Shown here one piece after another: positions 54,331-64,000 of a stretch of DNA of 64,000 bases; positions within the stretch are counted from its first letter, which is position 1, and each line of letters opens with the position of its first letter. Under the pieces are notes generated by a model. It did not search any database, was not told where the DNA came from, and was given only the letters and a program-made list of their open reading frames with translations. The DNA lies in assembly GCA_016748015.1 (NCBI GenBank), contig JAAOMT010000543.1, forward strand, positions 434,001 through 498,000, read 5' to 3'. Origin of the DNA: Geosiphon pyriformis uo1 (taxonomy: Eukaryota; Fungi; Glomeromycota). The position numbers and the translations under genes are program-made.

Positions 54331-57300
54331 CAGTCAGACCTCCATAAAAGAACCCTCGATAAAAGAACAACCTCTTTCAAAGAACATTTTTTTATAGAAA
54401 CAATTGATTAATTAACAATTTTCCCTTTATATAAGAACAATCTATAAAGGAAAAAGAACATAAATTTATCAAACGTTTATTCGAAATTTACCTTCATATA
54501 AGAACAAATATCACGTGCTAGATGTTAATTGGTAATTGGGAAAAGAGTTAGAATGTATTAAATTGATTTCATCCTAACTTTCTTTTAAATCAATTTATAT
54601 TGGATTTATTCTTTGATCTTGTCTGTTTTCACGTACAGCCACTTAGCCTCTATTGTATCCCAATTCAGGCTTGCTAAAACCAAATCTAATATTATCGTAT
54701 TAGGCACATTTTCTAACAGACTTGCTAAATTATCTCAATGTCGGAACCTTTATTCAAAAAACAAAAACGAGCAGCAGTTAATGATGCTCTTCGTAAAGAA
54801 ATTTGTCAATATTCCAAAAATCACTATGGCACGAAACATGATGATATTGTAGCTTACTTCAATCATAAATATCCAGAACTTCATATTTCTCGTCCAACTG
54901 TCTCCAAGATAATCAAAGAGCATGCAAAGTGGTTGAATATTGAAATTGATGAAATCTCAGAAAGTTCTATTCGACACAAAAGCGTTAAATTTCCATTATT
55001 AGACCAAGCTTTAAGTTATTGGGTAGAACAAGTAATTGCAGCCACTATTGAATTCAATGATCAACTAATTAAAGAGAAAGGAAAAGAATTTGCCAAACTT
55101 CTTGGTATGCACGAAAATGAAATGCAATTCTCAAATTGATGGGTTCAAAAATTCAAAAAACGAAACCAGTTACGTGTTTACCGATTTCATGATGAAGCAG
55201 GAAGTGTATCAACTGAAAGTTTACCAGAAGAACAAAGAAAATTAAAAACCATTATATCCGAATTTGATCCTGCTGACATATATAATGCTGATGAAACAGG
55301 ATTATTTTTTCGTATGGGACCAAATCAAACACTTGCAAAATGTTGAAATGCAGGAAAAAAATTAGATTATTACTAACCTTGTGAGTAATCAAGTTGGAGT
55401 TTCAAATTGTCCCAAGTTCTAAATTATTACCGATTGTATAAGTAATCAAGTCGGAGTTTCGAATTGTCCCAAGTTCTAAATTATTATCAATTGTATAAAT
55501 AATCAAGTCGGAGTTTCGAATTGTCCCAAGTTCTAAATTATCATCGATTGTATGAGTAATCAAGTCGGAGTTTCGAATTGTCTTAAGTTCTAAATTATCA
55601 TCGATTGTATGAGTAATCAAGTCGGAGTTTCGAATTGTCCCAAGTTCTAAATTATCATCGATTGTATGAGTAATCAAGTCAGAGTTTCGAATTGTCCCAA
55701 GCTCTAAATTATTATTGATTGTATGAGTAATCAAATCAGAGTTTCGAATTGTTTCAAGTTTTAAATTATTATCAACTATGTGAGTAATCAAGTTGGATTT
55801 TGGATCAGCTCTATCTGATCAAAATCTTAATCGTACTTTTCCTTTGCTTTTTGATTCCACCATGTCTAATAGCAAAAAGCATGCTATCTTTTTAGCTTGC
55901 GTTCCGCAAAGTCATGAGAATGCTACACTTTATGATAAGTTTATGGTGCTTAATTGATATCATGCAAATGATAAAAACCAATCAAAAACTGCAAGGCACT
56001 TTAAGGAAAACAGTTTTTCATACATGAAACAGTCTCTAGTTTCGACTTGGGTCAAAAATAAACCAAATCTTTGTCCATGAGCAAATACAATGCGTGACTT
56101 GACTAGCAAGCATATACACACAGTATGTAATCCTGACTTTGATAAAGCACTTGTTATTTTTGTTCAAAAGGCAGAATTGCGTGGAATGATACTTACTGGA
56201 GATGTAATTTGAGCTGCTGGCATAAAGTTCTATAATCAATTGGATATTCCAAAAAATGAGTGTCAAAAACTATCCAATGGCTGGCTTGAGAGCTTTGAAG
56301 ACCATGTTGAATTGTATTCACTTTACTTTTATGGTAAGTATCATCAGCCAATGTTAAGCATATTGGAAATAAGTGAGTGCATGTAATGACACTTCTTGCT
56401 GATTAGAAGTTATGCAATATTTTCAACATGGATGAAACTGCACTATTTTATGTTATATCACCAAATTAAGGTCTTGCTACAATACCACGTCATGGCACCA
56501 AACAATTAAAAGTGCGACTAACACTTGCCTTTATAACTAATGCTGATGGAACTGAGTGTTTGCCACCACTTATTATTGGTTATGCTAAATGTCCACACTG
56601 TTTTCAAAAGAAAACAGGAGAGCAACTTGGTTTTCAGTATTATTCAAACACTTATGCTTAGATGACTGGTGATATTTTTTGACAATGGCTTGTTGATTGG
56701 GACTATCAGCTGCATAAAAAAAACCAAAACATATTGTTGTTAGTAGACAATTTTGCTAATTACAACTATAATACAAGATCTATTACAAATATTCATGTAG
56801 AACGGTTTATATCTAACTTGACAGCACATATTTAGCCTATGGATGCTGGAATTATTTATTGTTTTAAGGCACATTACTGTCACCATTTTTTTTACCATGC
56901 ATTGGATTTTTTTGATGATAGTGCTGATGATATTTATGCAATCAAGCAATGTGTTTAATTTATAGGACATGGAAAAATATTTCAAATGAAATAATTGCTT
57001 ATTGCTGACACAAAGTTGGCATTCTTCCAATCAATACAAATGACAACTTTCAGAATAAAACTGGAAAATTAGAAATAAAAGCTAATTATAATCAAAAGAT
57101 AATATTAGAAAAGATTAAGAATTGCTACAAAAAGTTTAATTGCATACAGCCAAATCGTACATACTTATTAATTGAAGAGTTGGTAAATCTATCTGAAGAA
57201 AACAATACAATTACTTTAGAACATCTGGATGATAATGAGATTGCAAATTATATTATAAAAAATCGTAAAACAAAGCATGATAGCTCTGATAAAGAACAAA

Positions 57301-57620
57301 AAATACAGAAAGTAATGAGTATTAAGAATGCACTAATTACTATTATGATGTAGTTAGTAAGCTTGCTTATGTTAAATATATACTTCATAAAAGAATACAA
57401 GATAAACAAAAACAAACAACTCTTACAAGTTTCTTTAATATTGTATAAACTATTTAAAGATTCTTATAAGAATATGCAAATAAATTTATTTTTTAATAAT
57501 ATTATATCTATTTTTATTATATGTATACTATATATACTTAAACCTGAGAAAACCCATAATCTGTAATAACCCATAGCAATTTATATCCACCAAGGATATG
57601 GATTATCTCAGATTTGACTG
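54331..57620 (+). mobile_element. Chimeric pogo/Tigger-like (Tc1-mariner superfamily) DNA transposon relic with two transposase remnants
   Basis: Left end TA|CAGTCAGACCTC, right end AGATTTGACTG|TA. Remnant 1 (54738-55365): HTH, FSN*WVQKFKKR, IYNADETGLFF. Remnant 2 (55862-57350): LSNGWLESF, IFNMDETALFY, LLVDNF, PMDAGIIYCFKAHY. Confidence 0.85.
55381..55800. repeat. 57-bp minisatellite, ~7.3 copies
   Basis: Unit AGTAATCAAGTCGGAGTTTCGAATTGTCCCAAGTTCTAAATTATCATCGATTGTATG at 55384, 55441, 55498, 55555, 55612, 55669, 55726 and 55783 (partial). Confidence 0.95.
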
Positions 57621-59899
57621 TAATTATAAAAATATCAAGCAATTTAAGATTTTAAAATTTTTTTATGCTTAAAATTTATTTCAATTTTTTAATAATTGTT
57701 AAATGTATTTAATAGAAAAATCATTCAGTTGAAACAAAGAATTTTCATTTTTAATAAACAAATTAAAACCATTTTTAACATTTTATGTGTATATATAATT
57801 TTGGATTCAAATAATTTTGTTTAAATTGCACTTTTGAACTCAGATTTTTTGTGTTGATTCAAAATATTTTTAGGCAATACTTTTTAACTTTTTGTCACCA
57901 TTTCTTTCAAATGCTTTATTTATCAATCTTCAGATTTAAAAGTTTTCAGTTTAAAAATTATTATTGTGAACTAACTTTATACTAAACAAAAATTATCAAT
58001 TTTTGTTTTTTAAGGAGAAAATAATTGAAATTATAAATTATTGGCATCAAAAATTTTGTGCTTGTTAAAGATTGGAGCATAGATATTTTTTTTAGCAACA
58101 TAATAATTGTGTGGAATGACATCTTTGAAAAATACAAGCTCATAAAGGGTGGAAAACAAGTTTTGGCAGTTTTATTAAAATTTTGGTGAAAATCAGACAC
58201 CAAAAATGACCTTAAGACCCAATCAAAAGGTTTTCATGGAGTCTATTAGAAATATTAGGTTAAATTTATGAGGCTATAACTACGACACTGCTATAAAAGA
58301 CTTCATTCTCAGAAAAGTTAGACCCCCAATTTAATTAATTTCGAAACATGAAATAATTTAATGCTTTCCGAATATTCCATTGGTATTTTATTTTCTCTTT
58401 AAATTTCTGAGATCGTTCTTTAATTCAATTGGAATCATTAACCATCAAGTCACAAAATGAGTTTTGAAAGTGGGAAGAGTATAATAAAAATTGAAAATTT
58501 AACAAAAGGAAACAAAAGTTTTTAAATGTGAGACATTGTAACCCAATAAATATTTTTCAAAGTAACTTGAAAGAAAAAAGGGTCTGAAAATGATTTCTAA
58601 TACAAGCTTTTAGTGTGAGATAAATTAGTAATCGAATGAAATTTGTTTAGCTGCTGAATTCTGAGTGTTGTCGGATAATAAAAAATAATAATTGGATATA
58701 TTATTATTAATTTCTTTTACTAGCATAAGCCAGAAAACAAAGCGGTATGATGATGCTTAGAAATTATATAAGTTTTAAAATTAAATATAGATTTCCTTCA
58801 AGCTATTTAGTCTATCATTATCAATTCTTCTGGTAGTCTAATAATTTTTGCTACTCGAAAATATATTTCAGCTCCGCCAAAAAGCTTTAATATTATGAGA
58901 AATATCAATTAATACTACGATCTCAAATTAGAATATCACAGCTGAAAAATCACCGAATAACGTTATGATATATTGTTACATTCTTATAATTTTAAAAGTG
59001 CTTATTCTTATATATCTAGTTAAAATAATCAACCAAATATAGAAGAAAGGGAGGCTAGTTATTAATGAAAAGGAGGAATCATGACATTCGAATTATGCAA
59101 TAGAACAAATCTGAATTAAGTTTCTTTACGATAGTGATCTCTTTGAAAATATTATTACATGTACCAAAATTTTCAGATTTTTGTCTAATAATAAAGAGCG
59201 TGAGAACCTTTATCTAGTTGAGTATATAATGTATTTTAATTTTTTATTATCTGAACATGGGAAACTTTTTTTATTATAGCGTAGCTCTGAACACAAATTT
59301 TCAGAAAGGGTTTTTAAATTAAATAAAAGTTTTAATTCTAAACTGAATTGGTAAAGGTGAAATTCAAAGATTCAAAATACTCTAGAAGAGCATAAAAGTA
59401 TAACTATTACACTTTAATATTAGTTATTTATTAATAATAAAAATCAATTATTTTCTCAACTATCGATCATATAAAAATAAACAAAAATGACAAAAATTAA
59501 AATAATAAGGTTAAAATTCCAAATTTGAAATTTGTTAATTATAAAAATATTTGATATTCACCAAAAATCTTAAAAAACTTGGTTTCATGCTCAAACTGAA
59601 AAAGGGACTCAAAAGACCCACAATGTGTTAATTCTCTTTGCTATTGACGTTCTCTTTTTGTTAGTTTTTCAGGATATTTCTCAGGAAGGATGGTCAAAAA
59701 AGCATAAATGGAAATTCGATACAGGTTTAGCCATTTCCTGTGTGAATATTCTTTAACAATGAGCAAAATGTCATTATCAAGTGCTACAAAATCAAAGAGT
59801 TCCTGAAATAGCTGAAGATTTTTTCGTTTTCGAAATATATAAAGTCTCGCTTTTGCCTTTCCTCATCAAATATTCAGATTCAAAGAATCAATCAATATC

Positions 59900-60978
59900 A
59901 TGAAAACTATTCTTATGAGAGCTTCAAGAATGCAAATTTTTATTTTGCTTTTATGTTTCTTTCCCATATTTCTTTTTTCAAGTCCTTTGAAAAATGAAGA
60001 ACAACAACTACCACTAGTATCTCTTTTATCGTCGAATCAAAATGAAATAAAAAACTTCACTGTAACTAGTAATGATGGGTTAAAAATTTATGCTGAAGAA
60101 GTAGGGGATCCAGAAAAACCTACAATTATTTTCTTGCATGGTTACTTAGGAACACGTTTAGTTTGGGAACCACAATTTACTTCAAAATCTTTGCGAGAGA
60201 AGTTTCATTTAGTACGATGGGATGAGCGTGGGTCTGGTGCAAGTGAATCACCAAACGATATCACTAAATACAATAATGTTGATTTCTACGCGGATGACTT
60301 GAATGCTCTTATAGAAAAAGCAACTAGAGGCGATCAAAAAAAGAAAGTCATTCTAATTGGATGGTCTCGCGGAAATAATGTTGCATTATTATATTTGAAA
60401 AAGTATGGACAGGAAAAGTTAGCCGGCTTTATATTTGTGGCTGGGTTAATAGAACTTGGAGAAATTTTACCGGCTGCTGCGGAAATAATACCGAGTACGC
60501 TTTCAGATGACTTTGTGACGGCTGTAAATGGAACTAGGCAATTTATTGATCTTTTATCCGCCGGACCATTGGATCCGAGGATCAAGGCATTCTTTTTAGG
60601 TGGTGCTATTGCCTCATCACCAACTAATAATCAAGGATCTACAGGTATAATAAAATTTATTTTAACATAGTTAACGATCAAAACTAATTCTTATATGGCT
60701 TCTTCTGCTAAAATTAAGCTGCAATTATTGAGGACGCTAAAAATGATGGCTATGTTAACGTATTTCGCAACATTACTGTCCCAATTCTGGCAATCTTCGG
60801 TGCCGATGACCGTTTAATTAATACGCCAATTACATCGGCAAAGGTGCTCGCCACTAATTCGAGAGCTACCGCAATCATCTATCCCAATGCGGGTCATTTG
60901 CTTTTTTGGGACGTATATGAAGATTTTAACCGTGATATTAGTAAATTTGCGGAAAATATATTTAGGAGTGAAAATTAA
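59900..60978 (+). CDS. Secreted alpha/beta hydrolase copy F; exons 59900-60644 and 60719-60978 (start may be 59915 or 59930)
   Basis: FLHGY, GWSRG, GADD, NAGH; 74-bp intron at the shared position. Confidence 0.92.
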
Positions 60979-63900
60979 TTTTATTAATAAATAAATGTTG
61001 TATAGACTCCTAAATTTAAATTGCATTTTATTTTTTTTCCAAGAAAATTCGAAATTTTCAATAAGAGTTAGGTAAACGAGTGAAATATTTTGAAAAAGAA
61101 ATAAAACCAATTTGAAACTTTGGCTTTAAATATATAAAAGTTAAAATACAATTAAAAAATAAGGCCAGTTTAATTTCTATTTATAAACCAAAATATTTTA
61201 AATAAAAGAGGAATGAATGTTTTTATAATATAGATAAACATGCATATTCTATAGATACAAATTTAGCCTTCCGCTATTAAAAAAAAAAATTGATTGGTTC
61301 AAAAAATGATAGAACAAAAACAGTTTTTTTAAATGATGATTATGGATTCGAAAAAAACGATAAATTTTAGGTTCTTATAAAAAGTCTTGTCGTTTCATCT
61401 ATTTATTTTTTTAATTGAGATTTAATTTTTATTATATATTTAATAATTTACATAGTGAATATGAAATTCTAGTTTTGTTACTGTAAAATTTTTACAGAAC
61501 TCAAAAAAAAGAAATAATTATTTTAATATTAAAGCCTTATAAATTTATTATTAAAAGCAACATTGAATATACAATTCAATAAGCATTTGAATACAATAAT
61601 TAATTTTTTTTTTGAAATCTGTCTCTTTTTTTGTAAAGCTCGTTTTAAATAAAATGAAAAAATAAAAATATTTTACTCCAAAAATAAAAATTTACCTTAT
61701 TATAAATAGAAATATTATTTTACAAATCATATTAAAATTTCTTCATTTCTTAATAATATTTTTACTACTTATTCAATTTTGGTTGGGCACTGAGAAGGGG
61801 AATAAAATAAATTTTTTTAAAAGCTTTTGATTTTCATGAATAACATACATTTTTAATTACCGTATATGTGGATTTTAAGAATGCCACACAATAATGAATT
61901 TCTTTTTTTTTTTTTTTTTATAAAGAAGTTGAAACACTCTTTTTATGATGAACCCCTTTGCTTAAAACTTGAAATACTGAACTTTTATAAAAGGCTAATT
62001 TTATTTTTTCGAAGACAGTTCCATTTTTATAAGGAAGCTATAATTTCAATAGATAAGCATAGAAAATGAAGATTTTTATAAAATAAATAAATAGGGTTAT
62101 GCCAATTCTGATCTTTGAAAAAATTTTACAACGGCTTTTCAAGCGGCCATTTAATAATAAAATAAAGAACTTGGCGCAATTATAAAACAACATTTGTTTG
62201 ATGGAAGGATTTATAAACTTAATATAAAACATTATGGTGAATGAAATATTTAAGGGAAAGGGAGGGTAAATTTGCAATAAAATTCTTCTAATTTTAATTC
62301 TTATGAATCTTTTTATTCATTTAATTTATTTAATTATTATTTTAACTCATTCAAAAATAAATTCTCAAAGGGCTATTGTGAGTGGGGACAGAAAATATTT
62401 TTCTCTAATAATAAAGTAACACAAAATCATAAAACACTCGATTATGAGATTTTGAAAGATTTGTGACAGATGGAAAAATTTACACTCTGCTGGTTAAAGC
62501 AGTACAGACTATTGATTAAAAATTTATCTTGGTAAAAGATTCAGAATTTATTTCAAAAATTGATTCGTAATTATATTATCTAAAAAATATAAGTCATATA
62601 GCTCAACTTGTTTTTGAACAAATGAATTAATTTCTTTTGTTGATACAATATGCTATAATTTCCAACATATAAAAAAACCAAAAAATTGCTTGATTTATCT
62701 AAAACGATTGAAATTATTTGAGGTAAAAGTTAGAATGTAAAACAGCCATCGGCATCCAAAAAAAAAATACATTTTTGCTTTATCAAAACCTATGAAATAT
62801 TAAAAAACTTGAAGCCGAATTTATATTCAATTTTTATTAATAATACCATCAAGCAATAAAAATTTAAAATATTGAATGAATTTTTGGTAAGCTACTTTGT
62901 TATTTTTATACTTTCAAATAAATCTTTCAAAAATATTAAATTCAAAAATTAAATTCGTATTTCTTTACATTAATTAATCTAAATTTTGAAAGCTTATTAT
63001 AAAGTAAGAAAATAAATAGTTGAACAGTTCTAAAATAATTTTTTTAAAAAATTTTCCTTTTAAAAAATGACATTATTCAATAATTTTTTTATTTCACTAA
63101 AAATCTTTTTAAATTCAACCAAAATTTTCTTAAATTTTTTTAATATTATTAACTTTAATACTTTAAATTCTCAAATTCTATTTCATTAATTAAAAGTAAA
63201 AAATTTAATATCAAATTTTTTTATTCAGTAAAAAAATATGAAAAACTAAATTTAAATTATTAGATTTTGAAATAAGAAGATATTTGCAAAACTTTTTCTT
63301 TTTGAATTTAAAATTAGTTTCAATTCATAGAATAAATAGATTAATATTAATTATTAGCTTCATATGAAAAAACCCCCAAATATTAGAAAAATTAGCCTTT
63401 TCGTAATACATTGCAATCATATCAAAAATTTATTCCAGGCTCAAGATAAAGATCTGTCAAACAGGGTAGAATTGTAATTAGCGCCAAAAAACCTTCTTAA
63501 CAGAACTAGTTTTGATTACGAGTCTATAAAGTTGTGTAAACATTATTACAACATATCGACATCCCCCCTGCTAAATCTGGCTTCAAGCATTAGAGACGTA
63601 AAAAAAATAATGCTTATTATTCGAAAGCACATGTTCATGCTGTTGAACACCTAAAGAATATAAAAATTGACAATATCGGAATTTATTTAAGAAATGTGCA
63701 TTTTATTAGGCATTCAAAAAAATTTAAATACCTTTCAAAGGTAAATGTTATATTAAAATGTGGCGTCAAAAAAAATTATTCCACCTAAAAAGAAAAACTT
63801 AAAAATATATATCTAAAATTTCAGGAAAAATAATTAAACGACGCTTGATTTACATTCTCATTGAGTCAAAATGTTTTTTCTAATTTTTTCTACAACCATT

Positions 63901-64000
63901 TTAAAATGTTAGTCATAATAATATTAAAAAATAAATGGTCTTTTGAAAAATTATATCGATGGTTCATTCTTATTCACTGATATAGAAAATGTTTATTAAA

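Noticed and set aside
55402-55791. 129-aa repeat protein (19-aa unit)
   Set aside because: A by-product of a 57-bp unit (a multiple of 3) inside a transposon relic, with no independent gene signals.

Overview
AT-rich, intron-containing eukaryotic DNA, most consistent with a Glomeromycotina (arbuscular-mycorrhizal-type) fungus. The LINE and Gypsy peptides recall Geosiphon-type repeats; this is recollection and was not searched. Intact genes are five two-exon paralogs of a signal-peptide-bearing, bacterial-looking alpha/beta hydrolase (plus one 5'-deleted pseudogene) and one six-exon HSL-family esterase. The hydrolase copies arose by a ~5 kb inverted duplication (about 20-4415 vs 41058-46580) and a ~3 kb tandem duplication, and they are sequence mosaics. 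The middle of the window is a transposon nest: a full-length APE-RT-RNaseH LINE with a 12-bp target-site duplication sits inside an extremely G/C-depleted Ty3/Gypsy relic. A chimeric pogo/Tigger-like element with a 57-bp minisatellite lies at 54.3-57.6 kb. The most unusual signal occurs twice (6.7-9.4 kb and 46.6-49.3 kb): a decayed multi-exon gene whose putative first intron holds a GC-rich, multi-hairpin element with internally repeated domains, facing a small spliced reading frame tail-to-tail with stops about 30-40 bp apart. At the first locus the structured domain is amplified as a 120-bp tandem array. There are three assembly gaps and one assembly-overlap duplication.
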